Assembly (NCBI GenBank): GCA_965223325.1
Contig: CBDCWI010000001.1
Coordinates: forward strand, 768,001-832,000
Source: Candidatus Multivoradales bacterium
GTDB taxonomy: Bacteria > Acidobacteriota > Thermoanaerobaculia > Multivoradales > Multivoraceae
Direction: 5' to 3'
Length of the DNA: 64,000 nt
Shown piece by piece: positions 20,601 to 30,089 of this stretch (the first letter of the stretch is position 1; every line of letters starts with the position of its first letter). The notes under the pieces are model-generated. The model searched no databases. It was not told the origin of the DNA and was given only the letters and a program-made list of their open reading frames with translations. A program made the position numbers and the translations under genes.

Positions 20601-21002
20601 CCCAGCGATCACGTTGCTTCTGATACACGCCGAGCCGGTTCCAACCCAGACGACGTTCGGATCCGAGGGCGCAACCGCCAGCGCTCCGATCGAGCCGGTG
20701 TCCAGAAAGCCGTCGCCGACGTTCCGCCAACGCTCGCCCAGATCTTCCGTCTTCCAGAGACCGCCACCGGTCGCACCCATATAGAAAGTGCGCGGCTCCT
20801 GAATCACGCCGGCGACTGCGGTCACCCGGCCTCCACGGTACGGCCCCACCATGCGGTAGCTCATCCCGTTGGCGAAAGCCTCCTCGAGACTGGTGGGCGC
20901 GCCGTCGTCATCGACAGCCCAAGCCGGAGGAGCAACCGCCTGGCACAGAGCAAAGGCGAAGAGACCAACCAACGCGAAACGAAAGCGACAAGGCCAGGGC
21001 AT
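17697..21002 (-). CDS. Secreted BNR/VPS10-like beta-propeller glycosyl hydrolase-like protein
   Basis: YRMVGPYRGGRVTAV, many SxDGGxxW Asp-boxes, HGDHHALWIHP, GAQQDN, C-terminal helical region. Confidence 0.9.
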   Translation of the reverse strand: MPWPCRFRFALVGLFAFALCQAVAPPAWAVDDDGAPTSLEEAFANGMSYRMVGPYRGGRVTAVAGVIQEPRTFYMGATGGGLWKTEDLGERWRNVGDGFLDTGSIGALAVAPSDPNVVWVGTGSACIRSNVIAGRGVWRSVDGGETWGFLGLSDAGAIGDVVVHPTDPDTAWLAVLGHPFGPSTERGVYKTIDGGETFERVLFVSDRTGAVDLTLDPRNPRRLFVAMWEAERKPWTIQSGGSEGGVWSTTDGGESWSKVGGGLPGPTVGRIAVEISPADPSRVWALVEAPGDGRGLWRSDDGGKQFVRVSAQSSLTNRPFYYTHLTADPNDRDKVWVSNESFWRSIDGGANFESVATPHGDHHALWIHPEDSDLMVQGNDGGATVTVNGGESWSRQDNQPTAELYQVAVDNDVPYRLYGAQQDNTTISVPSALFERPLDPKQNWLETAGCETGPVVPDPANPNRVYAGCKGRHSVFDRSTGEVQQFWVYPHFNYGHDTREMPYRFQRVAPMIVSPHDPAVLFHGSHVVHTSRDSGRNWRTISPDLTAFEDETQGYSGGPITHDITGEEIYSALYALAESPLEAGTLWAGSNDGPLHITTDAGETWRDVTPGKLARVEVPGGGRVNSIHLSAHQEGRAWVAIYRYLLDDWRPWLFSTDDHGSTWTHQSGPGSGIPQDNPVRVVVEDPRVRGLVYLGTERGIYVSLDGGSNWHEFQLNLPATPITGMMVKDRDLVLSTMGRSFWILDDLEPLRAAAREVAAGSASEEQAVALLTPAPAFRKRALPSLERSFPGRAPQYPVAPVTLRYWLGSDLEGGESLALEVLDAAGEVVKSWRHIKEALPEPADETAAPSAASQSTDDATGALDGDAESLTPADIPATRGLHAVPWDLRLEGAPGGLHERRAVQGPMILPGDYELRLSRAADSSSDPQVSRATLTVLRNPHTVAAGIGRDDLEEQFELARRVVAMIDRGRAGVRRAESVRQQLGALVGRFEAAKQFPDLASEAADLAAQVEAAEGILVQVERGKVGAELEPQLDSQLTYLLGSILGADQPPGEDSKQRANDVEEELDAALGALDQVLDEVREFDRVLAEKGVGAILLPVAE

Positions 21003-21016
21003 CAGCCGTCGAACGC

Positions 21017-21433
21017 TCAGGGCGTCTGGGGGTTCTTCGCAAACGCCAGGGCACCCTCGGGTAGCTCCACCCAGGAAGCACGGCGTTCGGTCCAGATATG
21101 GACCGCCGGCTTGAACGCGTTGGCGTCCTCGAGCGTGCCCACCTTGACGAACCGGGCGCCCGGAAAAGAGGCGACCGTCGCCCAGAGCTGCGCCCCACAG
21201 GTGCCACAAAACCACCGAGTCACTTCACCACCCGACTCACCATTCGAGGTGTAAGAGCTCGCTTCGCCTTCCTGGTTCCAGGCGTCATCGGGCACGGTGA
21301 CGAAGGTCGCGCAGGTACTTCCCGTGGCGCATTGGCAATCGCGGCAGTAGCAGCTCATCGACTGAGCCTGCGGCACGTCGGCGTCGTAGGTCACGGCACC
21401 ACAGAGACAGCCACCCTTGATCGGTGTCGACAT
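21017..21433 (-). CDS. GFA/CENP-V family zinc protein
   Basis: GGCLCGAV, CYCRDCQ, RWFCGTCG, HIWT; GGAGG ribosome-binding site. Confidence 0.92.
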   Translation of the reverse strand: MSTPIKGGCLCGAVTYDADVPQAQSMSCYCRDCQCATGSTCATFVTVPDDAWNQEGEASSYTSNGESGGEVTRWFCGTCGAQLWATVASFPGARFVKVGTLEDANAFKPAVHIWTERRASWVELPEGALAFAKNPQTP

Positions 21434-21497
21434 CGGAAACCTCCTTTTGTTCCAGTCGAGCGTTGGAGGCACCCTACCTCGAACGAACAGCGGGCCT

Positions 21498-21926
21498 CTA
21501 AACCTTGCCAGCCCCCCTTGGCAGGAGGCACGCAAGAGCGATCGTCGCGCCCTCGACCACCACCGCCTCGCCGGAGCGAGCGGCGAGCCCGAGATCCTGA
21601 TCAAAGACCGCGCGTTGCAACGCCATCGCTCCCCACCAGAGGCCGGCGGCCGCCACCACCGTGGCAACCAATTGACCAACCAGCGGCCGCCAGACCCGAG
21701 CTGGATGGCGAGCCAAAAGGACGAAGGGAGCGACCAGACCGACGAGCGGCAAGACGCAGGCCAGACCCCAGCCCCAGTGAATCTCGAAGGCCCGCACCAG
21801 AAACCAGATACTGGTCAACAAGAGCCCCATCAGTCCACTCCAGAACAAGAGCTGCGCTCCGAAAGGAATGAGCGCCAGAATCTCTGGCCCGTACTCCACC
21901 AGATCGCGCCAGGTCTGTTCGTCCAT
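21498..21926 (-). CDS. Hypothetical membrane protein
   Basis: Three to four TM helices; shares a module with the C-terminus of the upstream gene; start uncertain (21926 or 21950). Confidence 0.6.
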   Translation of the reverse strand: MDEQTWRDLVEYGPEILALIPFGAQLLFWSGLMGLLLTSIWFLVRAFEIHWGWGLACVLPLVGLVAPFVLLARHPARVWRPLVGQLVATVVAAAGLWWGAMALQRAVFDQDLGLAARSGEAVVVEGATIALACLLPRGAGKV

Positions 21927-21968
21927 CACGCGGCCGCTCGGACCTGGCACGGGTGCACTGGCATGGGC

Positions 21969-23048
21969 CTAGCCTGGAAGGCTGAGGGTCGCCGGATCGG
22001 GCACCGACATTACGCCCGAAGAGATCAGGTAGCCGACCAGCGCAACATAGAGGAGGACGCAGACAATCTGCAACGCCACCGGCTTCCAGAGCTCACTGGG
22101 GTTCTTGGCCAGCAGCACGAAGAAAGCCACCAGACCGATGATCGGCACGAAGCAGAGAATCGCCCACAACACGCTGGTCTGGAACCCCTTGACGATGAAC
22201 CAGATAAAGCCCACCAACTGAACCAGGCCCAGAACACCAAGCGCTATTGCGGCCCACATTGGAAGCGGCGCTGACTCGGAAGCCTCTGCGAGTGCCTCTT
22301 CTAGCTCGCGCTCTATCTCCTCGTCGCTCTTACCCTCGCTGTTTTCCATGACGTCCTGCATGCGGTCTTCGACCGCAGCATCGCCGTCGTCAGCTTGCGC
22401 GGCAAGTTCCTCGGCGTCGCCGTCAACGATCTGCACGACCGAAAGATCACCCTTCTCGACTTCGGCGATCTCGGTCTTGAAGTATCCAGACACCCAACTC
22501 CGATCGTTGTCGGGAAGGCTCAGATAGATGCGTCCGGTCAGAAGGTCGTCTTTCATCGAGGCGAACTGAAGCAACATCGAGTAGCGACCCAGGAACTCTT
22601 CACCGCCACCACTTAGGTCGCCGCGCGCGGCGCTGGCGAGATGGATCGTCGGCACACCGAAACGATCACCAAAGTCGACTTTGAAGGTGCGCTTCTCGAG
22701 TTCCTCGTCTTCGTTGATAAAGAGCGCAATCGAGACTTCTCGCTGCCAGCCGTCGTCACCGGCTTGCCGGAGGAAGAGCGTCCCCTTCTCGAGCACCGCC
22801 TCGTCAACGCGAAAGCTCGCACCCTCGATCTGCCCAGTGGCCGCCGCGACGGGAATCTCGACCTGCGAAAGGTCTCGTTGCCACTGCGCGAGGGTGGGCA
22901 CCGTCACCGTCATGCCGAGGATCAGCGCCAGCGCGGTAGCCATTCCTGTCCAGCCGCCAAAAGGAAGCCGCGAGGCACGGCGGCTGGTCGTGTGCCGGGC
23001 GCACTCTGATTGAAGCAAACGCATGATTTTGGATTCTCCGTGGGGCAT
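21969..23048 (-). CDS. Exported-domain plus C-terminal membrane-anchor hypothetical protein
   Basis: Signal peptide, beta-rich domain (GRIYLSLPDNDRSWVSGYF), acidic linker, three TM helices. Confidence 0.7.
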   Translation of the reverse strand: MPHGESKIMRLLQSECARHTTSRRASRLPFGGWTGMATALALILGMTVTVPTLAQWQRDLSQVEIPVAAATGQIEGASFRVDEAVLEKGTLFLRQAGDDGWQREVSIALFINEDEELEKRTFKVDFGDRFGVPTIHLASAARGDLSGGGEEFLGRYSMLLQFASMKDDLLTGRIYLSLPDNDRSWVSGYFKTEIAEVEKGDLSVVQIVDGDAEELAAQADDGDAAVEDRMQDVMENSEGKSDEEIERELEEALAEASESAPLPMWAAIALGVLGLVQLVGFIWFIVKGFQTSVLWAILCFVPIIGLVAFFVLLAKNPSELWKPVALQIVCVLLYVALVGYLISSGVMSVPDPATLSLPG

Positions 23049-23126
23049 TCGCGAAGGACGAACGACCGAAGCCGAAGTCTACTTTTTCTTTTGTTTCTTG
23101 AAAAGCGGGTCGCAAACCGCCCATTC

Positions 23127-23142
23127 TGGCAAGGGGATTGCT
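23127..23142 (+). promoter_or_regulatory. Sigma54 (-24/-12) promoter for the second DUF4388 gene
   Basis: TGGCAAGGGGATTGCT matches TGGC-N7-TTGCW, about 45 bp before the ORF. Confidence 0.65.
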
Positions 23143-23185
23143 AGGAATCAGGTACGTCGGCGTGCGACGCTGTCGCTGATTCACA

Positions 23186-24625
23186 GTGACACAGGTTGCG
23201 GTTGGGAGACTGCAGCAGCCACGCCGTCCCACGCGATCGCCACCAGGGGGAGGAATCGTCTTGAGAACCGATACCGCTTTCGATCACTCGACGACCGAAG
23301 ACGACCAGTCGAGCCTGGCCGACGTAAACCCCTCCGACACCGATGCCCTCGAGCAGCACGCCGACGGCCCCCGGGTCGACCGCCTGTTGCGGCGAATCGC
23401 AGCGCGCGGCCTCTCGGGTCGACTGCGCTACCAACGACGCGACAACGAAGCCGCCTTCGCTTTCGAGAACGGCCGGCTGACCGAGGCCTGGGCCGCCCAG
23501 GGCCAGCAGCTCCTCGGAGAACTCCTGCTGGCAGAGTCAGCGGTCGATCGCGGGACGCTGCGCCGTGCTCTTGATCTACAGCAACGCCAGCCAGGCAGAC
23601 GGCTGGGCGAGATTCTGCTCGAGATGGGTGCGATCGAAGGAACCGACCTGCGCAGTGCCCTCCTGCACCAGGCGGCACGGATCGTCGATGACCTGCGCCG
23701 CAACGAAGGAGACGGCATCTTGTCCTTTCAGCGGGTTCGCCCGGCGGGCAAGAGCGATATCAGCTTGAGCATGAGTGAGGTGCTGCTCGACCGCAGCCTC
23801 CGGCGTCGTAAGAAGTCGCCGTCCGGCCCAAGGGTCGGGAGCCACAGCGACGCTCAAACTGCCATCACACTCCCCGAGCCGGTCGTCATGGATACCGACT
23901 CGTCACGCGTTCTCTATGAAAACGTCGCCGACACTGCCGGCCATCAGGTCATCGCCGCCGCCACTCCCTCGCCAAACGCCAACTTCCTGGCCGCCGATGC
24001 GCTGCGTCGCGTCGCCGACGCCGCCTCCTCGGGTGCTCCGGTCGCCGAACTCTTCGATCGACTGATGCAGAGCGCGCTCACCTTTGTCGAACGCGTCGCA
24101 CTGCTCGAGGTCACCGAGAACGGTCTCATCCTGCGCGACGCCCGCTGCCGCCCTGGTCTCGAAGCACCCTTCCTGGTGCACAACCGGCGCGCTGCCTCGA
24201 TCAGCCCCCGCGACGGCGGACTCATCGCCCGCGCGCTCGAACGCAGCCGCGCAATGGTGTCCGTGCTTTCACCGGCAACTCTCGAAGATGAGCTGGTCGC
24301 CGTTCTCGGTGGTGGCGCGCCCCACTCCGGCTTCTGCCAGACGCTAAGGGTCAACGGCATCGTGCGCTGGGTTTTGTACGGCGATCGGCTCGACGAGCGG
24401 CCCATCCAGTCGTTTGACACGCTCGAAACAGCGGTCCTCATCACCGCGCTCGCCAACGACCGTGACCGTCTTCAGCGCCGGGTGAGGGCACTCGAGGCGG
24501 ACGTCGACGTCCTCGCCCGCGCCTGCCGCGACAACAGCGTCGAACACGAGACGCTCGAGGGCAGCGAGGCGACCACCGGCGTGCACCAGGTGCTGCCGGG
24601 TGGCGGCGTGCAGCGCCTGTCGTAG
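23186..24625 (+). CDS. DUF4388 domain protein with C-terminal GAF-like domain
   Basis: LLRRIAARGLSGRL...LLGELLL...RALDLQQRQPGRRLGEILLEMG...GILSF; C-terminal LRVNGIVRWVLYGD. Start uncertain. Confidence 0.75.
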   Translation: MTQVAVGRLQQPRRPTRSPPGGGIVLRTDTAFDHSTTEDDQSSLADVNPSDTDALEQHADGPRVDRLLRRIAARGLSGRLRYQRRDNEAAFAFENGRLTEAWAAQGQQLLGELLLAESAVDRGTLRRALDLQQRQPGRRLGEILLEMGAIEGTDLRSALLHQAARIVDDLRRNEGDGILSFQRVRPAGKSDISLSMSEVLLDRSLRRRKKSPSGPRVGSHSDAQTAITLPEPVVMDTDSSRVLYENVADTAGHQVIAAATPSPNANFLAADALRRVADAASSGAPVAELFDRLMQSALTFVERVALLEVTENGLILRDARCRPGLEAPFLVHNRRAASISPRDGGLIARALERSRAMVSVLSPATLEDELVAVLGGGAPHSGFCQTLRVNGIVRWVLYGDRLDERPIQSFDTLETAVLITALANDRDRLQRRVRALEADVDVLARACRDNSVEHETLEGSEATTGVHQVLPGGGVQRLS

Positions 24626-24660
24626 CGCGCCGAACCTCCGGCCGGTGGTAGGTTCCCGAG

Positions 24661-25566
24661 GTGCGGCACTCCGTTTCAGATGAAGCAACCCCCCGCGGTC
24701 TAGCCCCCGCTCACGAGGCTGCAGACGCCAACGAAGCGGCGCCCTGGTACCTGCCGCAGGCCGACGAAGTCGACGTTTTCATGGCGGCCTACCAGGCTCG
24801 GCTGCCGGTCCTTCTCAAGGGCCCGACCGGCTGCGGCAAGACCCGATTCGTCGAAGCGATGGCGTGGAAGATCGAGCGGGCACGACAAACCGACCCAGTC
24901 GGACAGAGCCGCAGGTCGGGCGATCCTGACTTCCAGTCGCTCATCACCGTCGCCTGTCACGAAGACCTGAGCGCGACGGATCTCGTGGGTCGCTACCTCC
25001 TGCACGGTGACGACACGGTATGGATGGACGGACCTTTGACTCGTGCGGTGCGCACCGGCGCCCTGTGCTACCTGGACGAAGTGGTCGAAGCGCGCAAGGA
25101 CACGACCGTCTTGATCCACTCGCTCAGCGACCACCGCCGGCGCCTGCCGATCGAAAAGCGCGGCGAAGAGCTCGCAGCGCACCCCGACTTCCTGCTCGTC
25201 TTGTCCTACAACCCGGGGTATCAAAGCGCTTCTAAGGACCTCAAGCCGAGCACTCGCCAGCGCTTCGTGGCACTCGAGTTCGACTATCCCGACGAAGAAA
25301 CCGAAGCTACAATCATCGCTCACGAAGCCGGCGTAGAGCAGGCGGTGGCCGAGCGCCTGGCATCGATCGCCGTCAGGGTGCGCAATCTTCGTAGCCACGG
25401 TTTCGAAGATGGGGTGTCGACCCGCCTCTTGATCTACGCGGGCCAGCTCATCGAAGCAGGCGTCGCTCCGTCACGCGCCTGTGAAGTCGCCATCTGCCGT
25501 GCACTCACCGATGATCGTGAAGTCGTTCTCGCGGTTTCAGAAATCGTCGCTACTCTCTTCCCCTGA
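24661..25566 (+). CDS. CbbQ/NirQ/NorQ family AAA+ ATPase
   Basis: [73 protein letters not shown]. Confidence 0.93.
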   Translation: MRHSVSDEATPRGLAPAHEAADANEAAPWYLPQADEVDVFMAAYQARLPVLLKGPTGCGKTRFVEAMAWKIERARQTDPVGQSRRSGDPDFQSLITVACHEDLSATDLVGRYLLHGDDTVWMDGPLTRAVRTGALCYLDEVVEARKDTTVLIHSLSDHRRRLPIEKRGEELAAHPDFLLVLSYNPGYQSASKDLKPSTRQRFVALEFDYPDEETEATIIAHEAGVEQAVAERLASIAVRVRNLRSHGFEDGVSTRLLIYAGQLIEAGVAPSRACEVAICRALTDDREVVLAVSEIVATLFP

Positions 25567-25633
25567 AGCCCCAGCTCCACTGAAGCTCCTTACCCTCACG
25601 CCTCCCTTCGATTGACCCAAAGGAACCTGCCCC

Positions 25634-26185
25634 ATGAATAGCCAACCGTTGGTTCACCGGTTCGTCCGAGCGCTCTTTGGATTCGCGGTAGCACTCGCCC
25701 TGCTCATTCCGGCGATGACCAGTCGGGCGGCCGCCCAACTCGGCCAGGCTGAAGCATCACCAGCTGACCCTTTCGTCGGCAAAGCGCTCGACAACCTCGA
25801 ACTGGTCTACGAGATCGACGAGGACGGCGACTATAAGATGCTGTTCGAACTCGACGGCGATCGCAGCCAGCTGGTGTACGTTTTCTCAGCCGTTGAGACC
25901 TTCGGTGCATTACGCATTCGCGAGGTCTGGGCTCCCGTTGCAAAGCCCAAGAATCTCACCGCCTCAGTTGCCAAGAAACTGCTCGCCGAGAACCAGAGCG
26001 TCAAGTTCGGGGCCTTTCGTGTTCTCGACTCAGCCAACGACGAGGGTGAACCCGCGATCCTGATCGCCTTTGCCGCCCACATCTCAGCCGACACTACCGG
26101 CGACGCCTTGATGTCGGCCCTCGAAATGGTCTACTCGCAGGCCGACGAAATGGAGGCCGAACTGACCGCGGCCGACGACTTCTGA
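25634..26185 (+). CDS. Exported protein with YbjN/secretion-chaperone-like fold
   Basis: Signal peptide; YEIDEDGDYK...RSQLVYV...LLAENQSVKFGAF...ADEMEAELTAADDF. Confidence 0.65.
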   Translation: MNSQPLVHRFVRALFGFAVALALLIPAMTSRAAAQLGQAEASPADPFVGKALDNLELVYEIDEDGDYKMLFELDGDRSQLVYVFSAVETFGALRIREVWAPVAKPKNLTASVAKKLLAENQSVKFGAFRVLDSANDEGEPAILIAFAAHISADTTGDALMSALEMVYSQADEMEAELTAADDF

Positions 26186-26190
26186 GGGGC

Positions 26191-28437
26191 TTGACCAAAC
26201 GCCCCAAAGCCCCTACTGGGCGAGCGCCCTGCCGGCTGGTCGATGTCGAGCGCGTTCTGCTTCTCTACGCCGAGGGCATGACGGGAGGGCGCGTACCAAT
26301 CGTCGTCGCAGATGCCGACAAACCAGTCGGCAGCGACGGACGGACGGTCTTCCTGCCGCCGGAGGTTGGAGATCTGCCGAGCACCGTCGACGGCTTCGGG
26401 TTCCTCAAGCTCACCCTCTTGCATCAGCTGGCGCGCTTCCAGTCCGGCAATCCCGCAGCGGGACATTCCATGTGGCGGCGCGCCGCCGGTGGGCACCCGC
26501 TTGCCTGGGCGCTGGCTGAGGTGCTCGAGGGTCAACGAGTCGACGGCTGGATGATCGGCCACTACCCAGGCATTCGAGCGACCCTCGAAAGCGCACTCGA
26601 TCGCGAAGCGACACGGCGCGCGGCAGAGCCCTGGCCAACGACCGCCGCTGGAGCAGCCGCTGAGTACGCCCTGAGACGGGGAGTCGACTCCCTACTTGCC
26701 CGCCTGGCCGAGGAGCGCAGAGAAGCACCCACAGGCACCGCTCCGCATGCACCCGACCGCTCCCTCCGATCGCCGTCGATCCTCGACGCCTCGGTTCGCT
26801 GCGCACTAGACGACGCGTTGCATTCGATGTCAAAGCCCGACGCCACGGTCGCCCTGGGCGCGCGGCACGTCGCGAGCTGGTCGTGGCTGCAAGAGTTCGA
26901 CGAAGTCACCGGTACATCAGAAGACAGGGAGCCGCTCTTCGACCCCGTCCGGCATCGTGGTGTAGCGCGCTTCGAAGCGGTCGAAGACCTCCGAGCGCTA
27001 GCGATAGAAACGCGCGAGCTCGATCGCATCGATCCCGACGGCGCCGAGGCACGATCGGAGAAACTCGGCTGGCAGATTGTCGACGACTCTCTCGCGCTCT
27101 TAGGCATTCAGGATGGCGACCTGTTCGCGTTCGGCAATCTCATGCAGGGGCTCGATGACGGTGGTGAGCTCGTCGGGCCGAGCAGTGGCAGCGACGCCGG
27201 CGGTGACCGACCGGAGGCACCAAAGATCGGTGCTGGTGATGCGTCCCTGGAAACGGGCCTGGAAGAAGAGATCAAGGCGAGGCTCGAGGAGATCGAAGAA
27301 CTCGCGCGAAGGGTCGAGACCGAACGCAGAGCTTCGGGAGCCGAGCTCGACCCGGCTCGTGTCTTCTACTACGACGAGTGGGACTACCTTCGGAAGGGCT
27401 ACCGGCCCCGCTGGTGTCGATTGCTCGAGACCAGGCTAGAGCCGGGCGACAGCGAGCTCGTCGATCGCCTGCGAGTCGAGCGCGGTGACCTTCTCGGTCG
27501 CGTGCGTCGGGAGTTCGAGCGCCTGCGTCCCGAGGCCTACCGACGCATACGTCGGCTGACCGACGGCGAGGACCTCGACCTGGACCGCGTGATCGAATCG
27601 CACGTCGACCGCCGCGCCGGTCTGCCGCCATACGACGACGTCTACACCCGGCGGCAGAAACAAAACCGCGAGGTCGCAGCGATTTTTCTGGTCGACATGA
27701 GCGCCTCGACCGATTCGGCAGTCGCTCCGATCGACGACGAGGGTGCCGCCGGTGGCGCAGCCGGAGCGCACGAGCGGGTAGACCCCCTCGAGCCCAAGGA
27801 GAACACGCAGCAGACCTACAGCTACGGCGGAGTCTTCGACGACAGCGATCCGTGGGAGGGCATCTGGGGTGTTCCGGCGCCGTCGCTTCCGGCGCCCCCG
27901 AAGCGACGGGTGATCGATATCGAGAAGGAGTCGCTGGTCTTGATGGCCGAGGCTTTAGAAGCCCTCGAAGACGACTGGGCGGTCTATGGCTTCTCGGGCT
28001 ACGGTCACGACGCGGTCGACCTCTACGTCGCCAAGGAGCTCGGTGAACCCTGGAGCTCGACCGCCGAACGACGGATCGCCGCGATGGAACCGTGCCAGTC
28101 GACGCGCATGGGGCCGGCGATCCGTCATGCAACAGCGCGGCTACTGCGAACCGACGCGCGGCTCAAGGTTCTCCTGGTGCTCTCCGACGGCTATCCCCAG
28201 GATCATGACTACGGCGATGAGCGTGGCTCACGTACCTACGGCGTTCAGGACACGATGATGGCTCTCGACGAGGCCGAGCGCGCCGGTGTCGACACCTTCT
28301 GCATCACCGTTGATCCGGCCGGCCACGACTACCTGCGCGAGATGTGTCCCGACCAGAAGTATCTGGTGATCGACGACATCGCCGCCCTTCCGGGTGAGCT
28401 GCCCAAGGTCTACCGCGGACTGACCACACGGTCCTGA
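26191..28437 (+). CDS. NorD/CbbO-like VWA domain protein
   Basis: FYYDEWDY, DGEDLDLD, LVDMSAST (MIDAS), IDIEKESL, STRMGPAIRHA, LLVLSDGYPQD, FCITVD, LPKVYRGLT. Confidence 0.9.
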   Translation: MTKRPKAPTGRAPCRLVDVERVLLLYAEGMTGGRVPIVVADADKPVGSDGRTVFLPPEVGDLPSTVDGFGFLKLTLLHQLARFQSGNPAAGHSMWRRAAGGHPLAWALAEVLEGQRVDGWMIGHYPGIRATLESALDREATRRAAEPWPTTAAGAAAEYALRRGVDSLLARLAEERREAPTGTAPHAPDRSLRSPSILDASVRCALDDALHSMSKPDATVALGARHVASWSWLQEFDEVTGTSEDREPLFDPVRHRGVARFEAVEDLRALAIETRELDRIDPDGAEARSEKLGWQIVDDSLALLGIQDGDLFAFGNLMQGLDDGGELVGPSSGSDAGGDRPEAPKIGAGDASLETGLEEEIKARLEEIEELARRVETERRASGAELDPARVFYYDEWDYLRKGYRPRWCRLLETRLEPGDSELVDRLRVERGDLLGRVRREFERLRPEAYRRIRRLTDGEDLDLDRVIESHVDRRAGLPPYDDVYTRRQKQNREVAAIFLVDMSASTDSAVAPIDDEGAAGGAAGAHERVDPLEPKENTQQTYSYGGVFDDSDPWEGIWGVPAPSLPAPPKRRVIDIEKESLVLMAEALEALEDDWAVYGFSGYGHDAVDLYVAKELGEPWSSTAERRIAAMEPCQSTRMGPAIRHATARLLRTDARLKVLLVLSDGYPQDHDYGDERGSRTYGVQDTMMALDEAERAGVDTFCITVDPAGHDYLREMCPDQKYLVIDDIAALPGELPKVYRGLTTRS

Positions 28438-28439
28438 GG

Positions 28440-29882
28440 TCAGGGATCAGCTAGAACTTCCCGCCACAAGTTGACCAGAGTGGTCGGGCCGGCGAAGGGT
28501 ACCCGCAACAGCTCGAGATTGGAGAACGGCAGCCCATACTCCTTCTTGAAGGGTCCTGAAAGTGCTCGACGCGGCCCGTCGACGAGAGCCTGGCGCAGGA
28601 TGGCGACCGTCATCACCCGGTCTGAGGAGTGCTCGGGATCGAGCCCCGCCAGCACACCCTCGAGCGTCAACCACGCCTTGCGCAAGAGGACGAGCCGAGC
28701 CGGGAAGCGTACGGCGCGCCCGACCTCTACCCGGTCGAGCACCGAGATCAGCCACAGGAGACCGGGAACGGTGCCACCCCGAACGTCGTCGATCGCCGAG
28801 CGCGCACAGCGCTCGAGAGCTTCCCGGTCGCGGACCTCGGCGGCCAGGGCGGCGAGCGCGCCGACCAGTCGGCGTCGGTCAAGGGTCAGGCCGGCGAAGA
28901 TCACCGCCAGAATGCCCCGTCGGTCCCGATGTGACAGGTGGGCAGCCTGCGTCCAATCGACCACGCCCACCGCATCGTTTGAACCGGTGAGTCGGATGAG
29001 ATTGCCGGCATGGGGATCGCCGTGCACCAGGTTGGGGCCTTTTTGAGACAACAGGGGTGCTGCAACCAACGCCCGAACCAGCGCGCGAGCCATTGGATCG
29101 CTCCGCGTTCGCGGACCGACAGGACGACCGCGCAACCGTGTCATGAGGGTAAGCCGCTCGGAGCTCCCCGGTAGCACCTCCGGCACGGCGACCCCGGTCA
29201 CCGCCGGGCTGTGCAACCGGGCCGCAACTTCGAGGTGCTCACGCTCGGCGGCAAGCTCGAGCTCACGACGCACCAGGACCTCGACCTCATCGAAGAGCTG
29301 CACGAAGTCGATGGACGGCAGGTCGCGGGCCGCGCACTCGTCCTGCAGGACGGCAGCGACCGTCGGCCAGAGTGCAAGTTCTTCTTCGAGCCGCGCTTCG
29401 ACGCCCGGCAGGATGACCTTGACGACCGCATCGAGGCGGCGCCGGCCATCCAGGTCGACGCGGCATGGCGCCACGAGTGCGACACTTCCCTGCGCCAGCG
29501 GCTTCCCCGAAATGCGCACTGGCGGCGCATCGGCTGGCAGCTCTCGGCGGACGAGCCCTTCGACCTCTGATCGGGAGAGGACCGGCGGCAGCGACTCGAG
29601 CTTCATCAGGCGGCGAGAGAGGCGCGGAGCGAGGCGCTCGTCGCGGGCGACGATCTGACCGAGCTTGTGAAGCGTCGGGCACGCTCGGGCAAGTGCTACG
29701 AGACGTTGTGAGTCGGCGGCGGCTGGGAGGGCGAGCTGGGCGGCCAGGATCTCCCGTTGCCTCTCCGGTGACAACCCGGCGACGAAACCCTCGAGTGCCG
29801 CCACCACCACCGGCCGATAACGCGCCCAGGGACCCGGCAGGAGACCACGAAGGCCAGGAACAACAGCGTCGGGTGTCTGCAT
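28440..29882 (-). CDS. ABC1/AarF/UbiB atypical kinase family protein
   Basis: PTLHKLGQIVAR, LAQGSVA, VVKVILPG, ELELAAE, HGDPHAGN, VDW. Confidence 0.85.
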   Translation of the reverse strand: MQTPDAVVPGLRGLLPGPWARYRPVVVAALEGFVAGLSPERQREILAAQLALPAAADSQRLVALARACPTLHKLGQIVARDERLAPRLSRRLMKLESLPPVLSRSEVEGLVRRELPADAPPVRISGKPLAQGSVALVAPCRVDLDGRRRLDAVVKVILPGVEARLEEELALWPTVAAVLQDECAARDLPSIDFVQLFDEVEVLVRRELELAAEREHLEVAARLHSPAVTGVAVPEVLPGSSERLTLMTRLRGRPVGPRTRSDPMARALVRALVAAPLLSQKGPNLVHGDPHAGNLIRLTGSNDAVGVVDWTQAAHLSHRDRRGILAVIFAGLTLDRRRLVGALAALAAEVRDREALERCARSAIDDVRGGTVPGLLWLISVLDRVEVGRAVRFPARLVLLRKAWLTLEGVLAGLDPEHSSDRVMTVAILRQALVDGPRRALSGPFKKEYGLPFSNLELLRVPFAGPTTLVNLWREVLADP

Positions 29883-30089
29883 CTTCGAAGAATTTTCAGA
29901 GGAATCTCAGAGGGGATCGGCGACGAGGCGTTTCGGCGGTCGAACATGAGTCGAGCCAGAGAGCGACCAGAGTCGACTCGACGTATGCTGCGAACCAGCC
30001 CTTTGAATCCGGACCTCGGCACCGGCCGCCAAACGATAGCGGCTTGACGGTTGCCCGGGTCACGAAGACCGCCAGAGGACCTTAGACGT

